In this document: positions 51,622-61,866 of the stretch, in pieces
How the letters are laid out: each line of letters begins with the position of its first letter
Numbering within the stretch: the stretch's first letter is position 1
From: Patescibacteria group bacterium
GTDB lineage: Bacteria; Patescibacteriota; Patescibacteriia; UBA9934; GWF2-40-263
Length of the DNA: 64,000 nucleotides
Direction of reading: 5' to 3'
NCBI GenBank assembly: GCA_041661745.1
Contig: JBAZTR010000005.1
Location: 3,283 to 67,282 of the forward strand
Made by a program: the position numbers and the translations under genes
Notes under the pieces: model-generated
What the model saw: the letters and a program-made list of their open reading frames with translations, nothing else
Database searches by the model: none
What the model was told of the DNA's origin: nothing

Positions 51622-52238
51622 TCCACCAACCACGGATCACAAATTGTGTTGGTATGAAAATTGATTGGACGAACTAACGGGACAAAAACATTTTTTACTG
51701 AAGTTTGGCGCGCTGGCCACAAACCGGCGCGTTGTTTTTTATGGTAAAGACAAGAAACCCATAAAGTTGGATCCCATGGACAATATAAATTGTGAATGAA
51801 GGGGGATGAAGGGTTTGAGGGGGACGAAGAGGACGAAGGGAACGGAAAGTCGGTATCATCTGATTGAGAGAAGACGATGGCTTTAACCGACTTCGGCAAA
51901 GAAAAATTTTCCAAATAATTATTCAAAAGGAAACAACCCATGGAATGGCAAATAATTTTTTCCGGTTGGATCTGTTCCAAAAAAGTCTTTAGACGTTCGT
52001 GCGTTTCTCGAGCTTGAGCCAAAGCTCTTTCTTTTTCGTAATGACCGAGAAGAAAAAGTGGGTTAAGAAGTTTAAGCGGATTAACTTGTTGTTCTATTCC
52101 CCAGGGGAAAGAAACCGCTTCACCTTTCTCTACCAATTCCTTAAACGCCTCAAAAGACGCGCTTGGCCCAAAAGGCGGACGAATAAACGGAGCGGTTAAA
52201 CCCGCGGCAAAACCGTGGATTAAAACTATTTTTGGCAT
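51603..52238 (-). CDS. Alpha/beta hydrolase fold protein
   Basis: VLIHGF, CHSMG nucleophile elbow. Confidence 0.7.
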   Translation of the reverse strand: MPKIVLIHGFAAGLTAPFIRPPFGPSASFEAFKELVEKGEAVSFPWGIEQQVNPLKLLNPLFLLGHYEKERALAQARETHERLKTFLEQIQPEKIICHSMGCFLLNNYLENFSLPKSVKAIVFSQSDDTDFPFPSSSSSPSNPSSPFIHNLYCPWDPTLWVSCLYHKKQRAGLWPARQTSVKNVFVPLVRPINFHTNTICDPWLVDYVSKL

Positions 52239-52293
52239 ATTGTTTATCAGTGTAGCATAAAAAATGAATAGAAAAATAAAAAGTCTTTTTTCC

Positions 52294-52525
52294 TCTCCCC
52301 CAAACCCCCTCCCCTCCGGGAGGGGGCTTTACGCCCCGTGTCTCCGCTCCTCGGACAGCTAACCGTCTTCAGCGGCCTGGCTCGCTAACTCGCTGGCCAA
52401 CTGCGCCGAGTAATTGGCGCTCACTCCTCGGCTTGTTGGCTGCACTCGAACAGAGGCTCGCCTTCCGACCTACGGAACCGGCCGCTTCAGCCGGGCTGTC
52501 CTCCGGGGCTCGACGCGGGGCGGTT
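52294..52525. repeat. Solo REP-like palindrome plus ~190-nt nested inverted-repeat element
   Basis: cccctccc-ctcc-gggagggg, then nested pairs GCCCCGTGTC/GACGCGGGGC, GGACAGC/GCTGTCC, AGCGGCC/GGCCGCT, GCCAAC/GTTGGC, GCCGAG/CTCGGC. Confidence 0.7.
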
Positions 52526-52578
52526 TTATTTTTTAAAAGAAAAACCACCGAAGCAAATCAGTGGTTTTTATTTTAAGA

Positions 52579-54441
52579 TTATCTCAACACCCCACCCCAC
52601 TCAACAACCGTAAAGCCGTCGCGTTCTGGTGTTGTCGGCAAGGCCGGCGGATTGGCTTTGATTGGAGCATCAAGTGGTTCGTAATCCATGAGAATACGAA
52701 TTAAGGTATCAGGTGTTTCCGAAATCGATAATGGAGCCAACTGGTTCATAACACTTGTGCCGTAAAAACCGATTTTATAATACGCAGCACTTTGCATACG
52801 CGGTTCCCAGAATTCAATAAAGTCAGTTGTCTCTTTTGTGTTCAGACCAAGACGTGCCAAGGTGGAAACCAAAAAGTCATGAACACCGGATTGTTTCACT
52901 ACCCAATAACGATTAGGTGAAACATAGATGCCACCACGGCCTTCCCAGAACAGATACGGATAATCTTCGCCATCGTCGCGATTGATCAATGTGCCATCAG
53001 GCGAAGCGGTAACTCGCCAACCGTTTTTATAAACCGGCTCGGTATAAGTGAAACCACCTTGCGGATAAAGGGCAACATCAAGATCAGTTGTGGTTTCCGG
53101 GTACAAATAAATCACCGGTTTACCACATTCAGCCATTGGCAAAATGGAAGAGTTTTTAAATTCAATCCAACGACCAAGTGAATCTTGAACATAAAAGAAA
53201 GGATGCGCGGCGGCAAACTGCTCCAAGGTTTCGTGAGTTTCGCCTTCTTGCGGCCAAGCTCTCCAGCCTTCAAAACTGGAAGTGTAGTAATCGCCTTCAT
53301 AAGACTTTGGCTCGTAAACTTTTTCTCCGTTTGCCGTTAGGCCGGCTTCAACCAAATCAAATTCATCGCTATCAACATCAACCACGTTTAATCCGGCGGT
53401 TGTTCCGCAGCCACCCATTTTACCACCAAAATATGAAGCAGAATTTACTGTTCCATCGCTCCAAGTAATTGTTGGTACGCCGGTAACCGAACTGGTCAAA
53501 TCCCCTTGAATCCCCGTAGTTTCATTGTTATCTGTCCACAAACCCAGGTCTAAATTATACCAAACGGTTCGACCGTCTTGACGGACGTAATAGAAAAGTT
53601 CGTTAGCAAAGGGGATGTCAAAATCAGACCCATTATAAAGAGACAAAACATTACCGTTTTCAAGTTCCACCTCAGTTTCAGAATCAGAAAAAGAAATTTC
53701 ATTGGGATAATCAACGCGTTGCCACACGCCGATAAGACTATAACTTTGTCCATCTTTATCTTTCGCTTTGTCAGTTTCCAGTTCGGCAATCTTTGCTCCA
53801 GTATCAAGAATAATTACCTGGGCTCCCGGCGATGGGGCTTCTTGATTGTTTAAACCTAAAGAAGCCAAACCTTCTTCACCCAAAAATGAACTTGCTGTAG
53901 CTTGTCGAACCGGAGCTGTAAAGGAACTACTTACCTCGCTTGCATATTTATCCAAAACCACAATCTCACCGGTTGGAGCAACCAATAAATAAAAATTTCG
54001 GTAGGTTACGCCTAAGCCGGAAATACCACCAATATAACTTTGCAGTTCGTAACCATCGTAAGTTCCACCTTTAACTGTCCCTAGACCAAAGGCTTTAGGA
54101 CCAACTCCGTCTTCCGGAAGAAGCTCTTGGCCGCCGAACACAATATTGTTCCAACCAGAATCGGTTTCCCGTTTTTTTTGATCACCAACTTCAGTCCACT
54201 CAATTGTTAAAGTATTAGGATCGGTGACAATGGTTGGCTCTGGTTTGGTTGTTTCTTCGACGACCACTTCTTCAGTCGGTGGCACTTCAACCGGTTCGAC
54301 TTTAAATTTATTCCAGGCCCAACCGACGGCAAAAGCCAAGGCCACGATCACAACGACAATCGACACCCAAACCACTGGCGAATGCTCGGCCCGAGCTGGA
54401 CGCGGCGGTGGGGCGAGATTTGTTTTAATTGTTTTCCTCAT
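52579..54441 (-). CDS. Membrane-anchored surface protein with C-terminal KPVIYLYP domain
   Basis: N-terminal TM; GKPVIYLYP, YPYLFWEG, FIEFW.P, R.GFTVVEWGG. Confidence 0.75.
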   Translation of the reverse strand: MRKTIKTNLAPPPRPARAEHSPVVWVSIVVVIVALAFAVGWAWNKFKVEPVEVPPTEEVVVEETTKPEPTIVTDPNTLTIEWTEVGDQKKRETDSGWNNIVFGGQELLPEDGVGPKAFGLGTVKGGTYDGYELQSYIGGISGLGVTYRNFYLLVAPTGEIVVLDKYASEVSSSFTAPVRQATASSFLGEEGLASLGLNNQEAPSPGAQVIILDTGAKIAELETDKAKDKDGQSYSLIGVWQRVDYPNEISFSDSETEVELENGNVLSLYNGSDFDIPFANELFYYVRQDGRTVWYNLDLGLWTDNNETTGIQGDLTSSVTGVPTITWSDGTVNSASYFGGKMGGCGTTAGLNVVDVDSDEFDLVEAGLTANGEKVYEPKSYEGDYYTSSFEGWRAWPQEGETHETLEQFAAAHPFFYVQDSLGRWIEFKNSSILPMAECGKPVIYLYPETTTDLDVALYPQGGFTYTEPVYKNGWRVTASPDGTLINRDDGEDYPYLFWEGRGGIYVSPNRYWVVKQSGVHDFLVSTLARLGLNTKETTDFIEFWEPRMQSAAYYKIGFYGTSVMNQLAPLSISETPDTLIRILMDYEPLDAPIKANPPALPTTPERDGFTVVEWGGVLR

Positions 54442-56167
54442 ATCTTGGAATGATAATTATTCCGTTTTTAATTTGTTCTTTAAGGTCATTGGATGTCGAG
54501 CTTAGCTCGGTTTCGGCCAAAGCCGCCAAAACTTTCTGCGCGGCCGTGTCGCTCATCGGTGTCGGTTGGCTGTTTTTGGTAAAAACCGGCAAAAGATGAA
54601 TTTCAATCTGACTATCGGAAATTATGACACCAGCTGTGAGTCCTGTCCATGTCTCGGGAATACTTTGATCAAAAACGAAATTGCCAAGCGAGTACCAAAC
54701 CGGCGTATCGCCGATAACTTCACCGCCCTGTGGCACGTGCGGATGGCCGCCAATAACTAAATCAGCTCCGGCCTCAACAATCAGTTTAGCTAAACGTTTT
54801 TCCGAAGAATCAGGCGAAGTCACATACTCCGTACCCCAATGTGGCATGACAATAACAAAATTCCCATCAGCTTTGGCCGCGGCAATTTCAGCAAGCAAAG
54901 CCTTTTCGTTTGGCTGAAAAGCATGATATCCAATAAAAGAAATCGGCCAATCGCCAATCGTTGTATCGTAACGCATGGTGGAATTCAAATAGGAACCGAG
55001 CCATGGCAAACCAATCTTTTCCAACCAAGTGTGGGTTTCCAACTCTCCGGCTGAACCAACATCCGAAGCATGATTGTTGGCCAAACTCACGGCGTCAAGA
55101 TATTTTTTCGCTTCCTCGACATAAGTTGGATCGAAAACAAAACGGAACGGCGGATCATAAGTGTAAGTGCTCGGCTGCTCATTGACTGTGCCTTCAAGAT
55201 TACCAACAACAAAATCAGTTCCGTCTAAAAACCTATCCATTTTAGCCCATGGATAACCAACATCATCGGCCGCATCAATTTGTTTCCTGGTGCCGCGATC
55301 GAGCATGATATCACCGACAAAATGAAGGGAAATAAAATCATCATCTGCTGGTTCACCTTTTGTAAAGTAGCCAAGAAGATGACTGGTGTTTTCTTCCCAA
55401 TTATCTGAACCGGTTAAGGTCAAGGCGTCGGTGTGACCGGTTAAAGAAAAAATTTCTGTGCCACGAGCACGATTAATTTGCATGAGCATGGAAATAACAT
55501 TATTGGAATCGACTTCAAGATCAACCTGGCAGAGTTCGTCTTGGCAACCGCGGGCGATTGTTCGTTCAGTTATTTCATCATGAAAAATCGCGGCATAATG
55601 CGGCAAGTAATGCGACATGTCGGCGCTCCCAATAACGAAAGCGCTTGGTAAATCGTTGGCAATGGCTTCGGTCAAAACTTTTGCCTCTTCGGCCGATAAT
55701 TTGTCGTGAATGGCCAAAGCGACAATTTTGGCATTGGGAAAATATTCTTTAATGAAAGGTGTTAAGGCCGTGACCCCATGTTCTTTTTCAAAAGTCTTTT
55801 CCTCGTTTTTTAAAACAGAGACGTCGGCCAAAAGTTTCTCAACGGCATTTTGATCGGTTTCCAAATCACCATAGGGCGTCGGCCAACTTCCCAAAGAAAT
55901 CTGGGCCGGCGAATGGCCGGTGGAAAAATGATTCGGCGAAATAACGACCACGGTTTTTACATCAAGGGAACCGACGACCGAAAACAAATCAGTTATCCCA
56001 TCAATCGCCAACAAATGATGCGGACTAACAGCACTTAAAATCGGAATCTCACCGATTGGTTCAAGCTCAGTCGGACAGCTACCGCACAGTTGGCCAAACA
56101 AAAAAGCTATGGCAAGTAGCCAAACAACACTGATTCCAACAATAATCCGAAGGATCACCGAACGCAT
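54425..56167 (-). CDS. MEMO (AmmeMemoRadiSam B)-CapA metallophosphatase fusion
   Basis: SPHH, SPNH, EHG, SADMSHY, then GDIMLDR, GNLEG, LANNH, HWGTEY, GGHPH, YSLGNFVFDQ. Confidence 0.82.
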   Translation of the reverse strand: MRSVILRIIVGISVVWLLAIAFLFGQLCGSCPTELEPIGEIPILSAVSPHHLLAIDGITDLFSVVGSLDVKTVVVISPNHFSTGHSPAQISLGSWPTPYGDLETDQNAVEKLLADVSVLKNEEKTFEKEHGVTALTPFIKEYFPNAKIVALAIHDKLSAEEAKVLTEAIANDLPSAFVIGSADMSHYLPHYAAIFHDEITERTIARGCQDELCQVDLEVDSNNVISMLMQINRARGTEIFSLTGHTDALTLTGSDNWEENTSHLLGYFTKGEPADDDFISLHFVGDIMLDRGTRKQIDAADDVGYPWAKMDRFLDGTDFVVGNLEGTVNEQPSTYTYDPPFRFVFDPTYVEEAKKYLDAVSLANNHASDVGSAGELETHTWLEKIGLPWLGSYLNSTMRYDTTIGDWPISFIGYHAFQPNEKALLAEIAAAKADGNFVIVMPHWGTEYVTSPDSSEKRLAKLIVEAGADLVIGGHPHVPQGGEVIGDTPVWYSLGNFVFDQSIPETWTGLTAGVIISDSQIEIHLLPVFTKNSQPTPMSDTAAQKVLAALAETELSSTSNDLKEQIKNGIIIIPRYEENN

Positions 56168-56197
56168 AATGGTTAATCAACCGCGATTTCTCTTTTT

Positions 56198-57130
56198 CTA
56201 TTTAACTATCGTCGGGGCCGGGTACAAAGCCGGATCAATTGTTCGCGAGAAACAAACCCGACCGGCCTCGTGATTCCAGTTCTGGCCATACGGGCCGCTG
56301 TCGTAATAAATCGGGTAAGAGGTATTTTGACCTTCGGCCGACACTCTATCAAAAGTCGCGCACAGTTCGAATTCCAAATCTGATTTAAGATTGTACTCGT
56401 AAGCCGCCTTAGTGGATGGATCGACCGGCACGGTAAAACCGGAAATGGAATTGGTTAAAACGTTCAATGTGGCCGGCAATTCTCTCTTTAATGAAAAATA
56501 ATTAATCGCTTCGTTTTGAATGGAAGATAAATCACTGACTCTTTGCGCATCAAGACGAACGGCTCTTTGTTCGGCCGGTGAACCGACAAAAACAAAGCCG
56601 AGAACAATTGTTGCCAGGGCCACCACAGCCGTGATAATGGCCACGTTTCTAGCCATCACGGTTTTGTTTGTCACATCACGCCGCAAATCCCAAAGGTAAT
56701 AAGCAAACACGGCCGCGGCAACAAGCAAAACAACAATCACTTTCAAAATGAACCGTGTGGTTATTTCGCCGTTTAAAAAATAATTAACTAAAGTAATTAG
56801 GTCAACGATAATCGTAATGGAAGCGATAAAAAGCGTTAGGTACAACAACCATTTACGAATGGCAATATTGGTTTTGGCCGGTTCGCTTTTCATGTCCTTA
56901 TAAATCATCCAGGAAATCAGAATAAATACTGGCCAAGCAATAATCAACACTGACATTGAAAGGCGGATAGTGTCCAAAGCCGAGGTGTAATAAAAATTCA
57001 GAATATCGGGAAACTTAACATTGATGTATTGAAAATACAGAGCGATGAAACTGGTAACGCCCATGTAAAGCGTCACAATAGCTAGGAGGTGTGAAAACAC
57101 ATCCTTGGCCGTGCTGCGTGATTTTTCCAT
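56198..57130 (-). CDS. DUF5671-like membrane protein
   Basis: KDVFSHL, IRKWLLYLTLFIA, FLNGEIT.RF, DP.T...YEY, FELCATF. Confidence 0.75.
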   Translation of the reverse strand: MEKSRSTAKDVFSHLLAIVTLYMGVTSFIALYFQYINVKFPDILNFYYTSALDTIRLSMSVLIIAWPVFILISWMIYKDMKSEPAKTNIAIRKWLLYLTLFIASITIIVDLITLVNYFLNGEITTRFILKVIVVLLVAAAVFAYYLWDLRRDVTNKTVMARNVAIITAVVALATIVLGFVFVGSPAEQRAVRLDAQRVSDLSSIQNEAINYFSLKRELPATLNVLTNSISGFTVPVDPSTKAAYEYNLKSDLEFELCATFDRVSAEGQNTSYPIYYDSGPYGQNWNHEAGRVCFSRTIDPALYPAPTIVK

Positions 57131-57149
57131 ATTAAAATTTTTAGTTTTT

Positions 57150-57833
57150 TTACAAAAGAAGCAAAAGTCTGGCAATTGATTCTTTAAGATCGCCGTGACA
57201 TGGTTCCAAATTAAAAATCAAACTATTAACCCATTGCGAATCGAATTGGTTTTGTTCATAATCACAAGTTAGCCCCTGCCCTTCCAAAACTTTTTTCATT
57301 CCGCTGCTTTCGTTACCGGTAATCGCCACAAGTTTTTTGTCGAAACGACAGTACGGCGAGGAATAAAACAACCATTTCATACCAGCGCTATCGGTAGTTT
57401 GCCACTTAACGGCCGTACAAACATTAGCTTTGGCCAAAAAACATTCGACGTTGTCGCAGGTTCTTGCTCCAAGGTGAAGACTGTTTACAATGCTGAAAAA
57501 AATTATTGCGGCCGTGGCAAAGGCCAAACCGACAAAAAACCAAATTTTTGTTTTTTTCTTTTCAACCGCGGTCATTTTAGGCAAACCCTTACGCACGGCC
57601 AGCCAATAAAATCCGGCAATCGGCAAACAAAGCAAAAAGAGCAAACCGGAAAAGAAACTGACCTGACCGATCATGACCGTAAAAAACTGGATGATTCCCG
57701 ACGGAGCTTTAACTGTAAAAATTTGTGAAAGACCGACCAAAATCAGTAAGCTTCCCCCAGCAATAAAGAAAGCCATCAAAAATTTAAACAAAGCAATTCT
57801 GAAGCTTATAAATTTTTCAAATTTATTGCCCAT
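57150..57833 (-). CDS. Hypothetical membrane protein with Cys-containing external domain
   Basis: Three TM segments, C...CF..A..C. Confidence 0.65.
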   Translation of the reverse strand: MGNKFEKFISFRIALFKFLMAFFIAGGSLLILVGLSQIFTVKAPSGIIQFFTVMIGQVSFFSGLLFLLCLPIAGFYWLAVRKGLPKMTAVEKKKTKIWFFVGLAFATAAIIFFSIVNSLHLGARTCDNVECFLAKANVCTAVKWQTTDSAGMKWLFYSSPYCRFDKKLVAITGNESSGMKKVLEGQGLTCDYEQNQFDSQWVNSLIFNLEPCHGDLKESIARLLLLL

Positions 57834-58875
57834 AAGCAGCTTGGTTAATTATGGTGTTGTCAACGTGAAAAATGTCGCTGGAGAAGCCACGGAAAAAACC
57901 ACGAACCTCCTCGGAATAAGTCTCGGCACGAACATAAGCATCAGTCTGCTTTAACCAATCAACCGATTCGTCTTTCACGTAAGAAAATTGATTACCAATT
58001 TCGTTTTGCATGGTAGTTAAAAAAGTGGATTCTTCCGGCTTGGGGTTATAAAACGCTTTAGCAAAACCATTGCGTTCGGCTTCCTCCTTGGCTCTGGCAT
58101 CTAAAGTTTGCCTCTCCAGCGCGTCTAAATTAACAAAAGCCCGCGATTCCAACTGTCGCGCAACAACCGAGCTGTCTACAGTTCCATCATTAAAAAACTG
58201 TTGAGCTAATTCGTGGTTAGCTGTTGAATCTCTAGGATTTACTTCCAGAACATTGACCAAAGCTTCTCGATAGTCAAAATTGGCGTCTTTTATTAAATCT
58301 TGCAAAGCACGAATAGTGCCCCGATCAAGTCCGTTATCGATCGCGTCAAGCCAAGCTTGTGTGGCTTGAGCCAGCTGATTATGCATTGTCTGGGCCCTGC
58401 CGGTTAAACCTAACTCGTCTTCCTCGTAAGTTGGTCGATAATAAGATTTAACCCAATCTTCATCAATTGGTTGATTAACTATGAAATCGCCTGAGCTTAA
58501 ATTTAAATAATCAAGCCAGTCTTCCACGGCCTGGGCTTGGGCCGCGGCCTTTTTTTCCTCAGCTGTCGGTTCATCAGTTGGTGTAGTTGTTTGATTGGTT
58601 GGTGGAGTATAATCCTGTTTTGTCTCGTAATAATCTTCCACATCGGATCCGGAATAAGATGATTGACCAGAACACTCGGCAATAATTTCGTTACAATTAT
58701 AGCCGGACAGACCACCGGTGTAAATTCCTTGTGACTCGGCATATGCTCCGAGTTCCCTTGCTTGCAGACAAAGTTGATACGCCTGACCACAATAATCTTC
58801 GGCGCGAATGATCCCGACAGAAAGCAAGGCCGAGACAACCACCAGACTACTGATAATTAAAAACTTATTTTTCAT
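57823..58875 (-). CDS. Hypothetical secreted protein
   Basis: Signal peptide, acidic helical body. Confidence 0.7.
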   Translation of the reverse strand: MKNKFLIISSLVVVSALLSVGIIRAEDYCGQAYQLCLQARELGAYAESQGIYTGGLSGYNCNEIIAECSGQSSYSGSDVEDYYETKQDYTPPTNQTTTPTDEPTAEEKKAAAQAQAVEDWLDYLNLSSGDFIVNQPIDEDWVKSYYRPTYEEDELGLTGRAQTMHNQLAQATQAWLDAIDNGLDRGTIRALQDLIKDANFDYREALVNVLEVNPRDSTANHELAQQFFNDGTVDSSVVARQLESRAFVNLDALERQTLDARAKEEAERNGFAKAFYNPKPEESTFLTTMQNEIGNQFSYVKDESVDWLKQTDAYVRAETYSEEVRGFFRGFSSDIFHVDNTIINQAAYGQ

Positions 58876-58886
58876 ATTTTGAAAAA

Positions 58887-59093
58887 TTAGTTAGAAGCGC
58901 TGGCAAAAACCACAATCATCACGGCAAAAATTATGATGATGGAGAAAATAATGGCAATAGTACTGGCGGCCTTGTTCTGATTACTGATCGGTTGAACCGG
59001 GTCAACATTATTTACGCCGGATAAATTTTCTTGACAGCGTGGACAAGAATTTGTGTTGTTTGGCACCGGGGTGCCGCAATTTGGGCAAAACAT
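58887..59093 (-). CDS. Zinc-ribbon membrane protein
   Basis: MFCPNCG...CPRC + TM. Confidence 0.7.
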   Translation of the reverse strand: MFCPNCGTPVPNNTNSCPRCQENLSGVNNVDPVQPISNQNKAASTIAIIFSIIIIFAVMIVVFASASN

Positions 59094-59421
59094 ATTTTTT
59101 AAAACCTATAAAAAGTATAGGGATAATCGTCGCAACAAGAAAAAGCGCGGTCAGGGTTTCAAAGGTGTAAATAAGTGAAAGAGTAAAATCAAATTGCACG
59201 CGATCGGGACCGGTCACCAACAAATAAGAAACAACAACAATTAAAGCAAGCAAAATTAAAAAGGCAAGCGTTAAAAACGAATTGCCTTTTTTATTTGGCT
59301 TAGTTGATACGGCCGACGTCGGAACAGCTGCCACCCCAGCGACCGAAGTAACGGCCCGACCGCAGTTTGTACAAAAACGCGTCCCCTTTGGAAAACTCGC
59401 TCCGCAACTTATGCAGAACAT
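59008..59421 (-). CDS. Zinc-ribbon membrane protein
   Basis: MFCISCG...FCTNCG + 2 TM. Confidence 0.7.
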   Translation of the reverse strand: MFCISCGASFPKGTRFCTNCGRAVTSVAGVAAVPTSAVSTKPNKKGNSFLTLAFLILLALIVVVSYLLVTGPDRVQFDFTLSLIYTFETLTALFLVATIIPILFIGFKKYVLPKLRHPGAKQHKFLSTLSRKFIRRK

Positions 59422-59514
59422 ATGTTTAAAATTTTAAATTCCTCCTTTGTCCGGCGAATACAATAAAAGCACCACTGTGGATAATTATAGCAGAAAAAGG
59501 ATTTGACAGCACTT

Positions 59515-61014
59515 CTAATAAGCCTTAGCAAAAATAACTCTTCGCTCGGATTTCTTACCGCAAACAATACATTTTCCGGCTTCGTCTTTTTGATTAAGAG
59601 GTAAACAGCGAATGGCCGCTTTGGTTTCTTCGTTGATTTTTTCTTCGCATTCTTGATTTCCGCACCAGTGACTATAAACATAACCACCGTCGGCTTTCAA
59701 AATTTCTATAAGTTTGTTGTAGTCATCGACTTCAAAAGAATTTTTCTCTCTGAACTCCTTAGCTTTAGCAAATAAAGTTTTTTGAAGATCAAGCAACTCG
59801 TCAGTCGCAACTTTCTTTAAATCAGTCATGGAAACAATCTTCTTTTCCCCGGAATCACGGCGAACCAACACCACCTGATCCTTCGCCACATCCTTAGGAC
59901 CGACCTCGAGTCTTAACGGAACGCCCTTTTTCTCCCATTCATTAAATTTAAATCCGGCGCTAATGTTGTCGCGATAATCAACCTCAATTTCAAGATTAGC
60001 ACTTAGCAAATCTTTTTGAATCATTTCGACCTTCTCGACAACTGCTTTCTTTTCTTCTTCAGTCTTAAAGATGGGGACAATGACTATTTTTATTGGGGCG
60101 ATTTCCGGCGGCAAAACCAAACCCTTATCATCACTGTGCGTCATAATCAATCCGCCGATTAATCGAGTACTAACGCCCCAGCTGGTTTGCCAGGCAAATT
60201 GTTTGTTTCCTTCTCTGTCGACAAATTCAATATCAAAAGCTTTGGAAAAATTCTGTCCCAAATGATGGGAAGTTCCAGCTTGCAAAGATTTTTTATCCTG
60301 CATCATGGCCTCGATACAATAAGTGTGCAAAGCCCCGGGAAACTTGTCGTGCTCCGGTTTGCGACCGACAATTACCGGCATGGCCAAATAATTTTCGGAA
60401 AAATCCCGATAAACTTCAAGCATTTTTTGGGCTTCGGCCTCGGCCTCGGCTTCGGTTTCGTGAACCGTATGCCCTTCCTGCCACAAAAACTCCGTGGTGC
60501 GTAAAAACAAACGTGTTCGCATTTCCCACCTAACCACATTGGCCCACTGGTTAATTAAAATCGGCAAATCACGCCAAGACTGAACCCAGCGCGAGTAGGC
60601 ATCGTAAATAATCGTTTCCGAAGTTGGCCTGATAATCAATTCTTCTTCTAATTTAGACTTGGGATCGGCCATGAGCCCTGAACCATCGGGATTATCGACT
60701 AAGCGATAATGAGTGACCACGGCGCATTCCTTAGCAAACCCCTTAACATGGCTGGCTTCTTTATTCAAAAAAGATTTCGGTATGAGTAAAGGAAAGTAAG
60801 CATTTTTGTGGCCCGTGGCTTTAAACTTTTGATCCAATATTTTTTGGATATTTTCCCAAATGGCATAGCCGTATGGTTTTATAACCATACAACCCTTTAC
60901 CACCGAATGTTCGGCCAAATCGGCCTTTTCAATGACATCAAGATACCACTCAGAAAAATCCTCGGCTCGAGAAGTAAGGCTTTGCTGTTTTGCTTTTGCG
61001 TTTTGCTCGTTCAT
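59515..61014 (-). CDS. proS: Proline-tRNA ligase (archaeal/eukaryotic type, no editing insertion)
   Basis: IRPTSET, FLRTTEFLWQEGH, QAGTSH, TSWGVSTR, FAKAY C-terminus. Confidence 0.96.
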   Translation of the reverse strand: MNEQNAKAKQQSLTSRAEDFSEWYLDVIEKADLAEHSVVKGCMVIKPYGYAIWENIQKILDQKFKATGHKNAYFPLLIPKSFLNKEASHVKGFAKECAVVTHYRLVDNPDGSGLMADPKSKLEEELIIRPTSETIIYDAYSRWVQSWRDLPILINQWANVVRWEMRTRLFLRTTEFLWQEGHTVHETEAEAEAEAQKMLEVYRDFSENYLAMPVIVGRKPEHDKFPGALHTYCIEAMMQDKKSLQAGTSHHLGQNFSKAFDIEFVDREGNKQFAWQTSWGVSTRLIGGLIMTHSDDKGLVLPPEIAPIKIVIVPIFKTEEEKKAVVEKVEMIQKDLLSANLEIEVDYRDNISAGFKFNEWEKKGVPLRLEVGPKDVAKDQVVLVRRDSGEKKIVSMTDLKKVATDELLDLQKTLFAKAKEFREKNSFEVDDYNKLIEILKADGGYVYSHWCGNQECEEKINEETKAAIRCLPLNQKDEAGKCIVCGKKSERRVIFAKAY

Positions 61015-61129
61015 ATATTTATTAAAAAAGTCCTTATAAAGCCTATCTTAAAAAAGACTTTTTGACTAGCCCATAATTAAAAACCATAAATGACAATAAA
61101 GATACCCAAGGTCTGCTATAATAAAAGAT

Positions 61130-61786
61130 ATGAAACTAATCCTGCCCATTCTTATTGGTATATCGGTTTTCCTCTCCGGTTGCGGTTTAACCTTACCATC
61201 AAAAAAAGAAATCGAAGTTCCCTTCACCTCGCAAGCCCCGGCTGGCGACTGGTCTGAACCCTGGCAGAACGCCTGCGAGGAAACCTCGATCTACATGGTC
61301 AGCAGTTTTTACGCTGGCGATGAAATAAAACAAACAGAAGCAACAAAACGCATTCGCGAAATTTTTGCCGTTAAGGCCGAAGATCTAAAAATCAGCAAGG
61401 ACGAGTCTTTGCAAACAATTGCCGACCTTATCGCCGCCCTCGACCTTCCTTGGAAAACGCACATTTTTTACGACCCGACTATGGATGATTTAAAAACTGA
61501 GTTAGCTCTTAATAACCCAATCATTGTTCCGGTGTATGCCCCGGCCCTTTCCTCAATCTACTCCATCGCCAGCAGTGCGGACTATCACGTCATTGTCCTG
61601 ACCGGTTATGATGACAAAGACGGCGTCTTCATTATAAACGATCCCGGCACTTCGGAAGGTGAAGGGGTACGCATTCCCTACAAAACCTTCATGAACGCCA
61701 TTCATGATTTGAATACTGCCGATTATCAAGCTGGCAAAAAGGCCGTTCTCTTCACCGAGCAACAAAGCTGGTTGGATTTTAATTAA
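61130..61786 (+). CDS. C39-like peptidase lipoprotein
   Basis: LSGC lipobox, VPFTSQAP, NACEE, HVIVLTGY, NDPG. Confidence 0.8.
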   Translation: MKLILPILIGISVFLSGCGLTLPSKKEIEVPFTSQAPAGDWSEPWQNACEETSIYMVSSFYAGDEIKQTEATKRIREIFAVKAEDLKISKDESLQTIADLIAALDLPWKTHIFYDPTMDDLKTELALNNPIIVPVYAPALSSIYSIASSADYHVIVLTGYDDKDGVFIINDPGTSEGEGVRIPYKTFMNAIHDLNTADYQAGKKAVLFTEQQSWLDFN

Positions 61787-61866
61787 AGTTAGATAGGTAT
61801 AATAAAAACGGCCAAGCATTACTTGGTCGTTTTTTGTTTGTTATTAATAAAAGCGGCACAATGATT

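Noticed and set aside
60430-60456. Hexamer repeat in proS
   Set aside because: Simply encodes EAEAEAEA in a helix.
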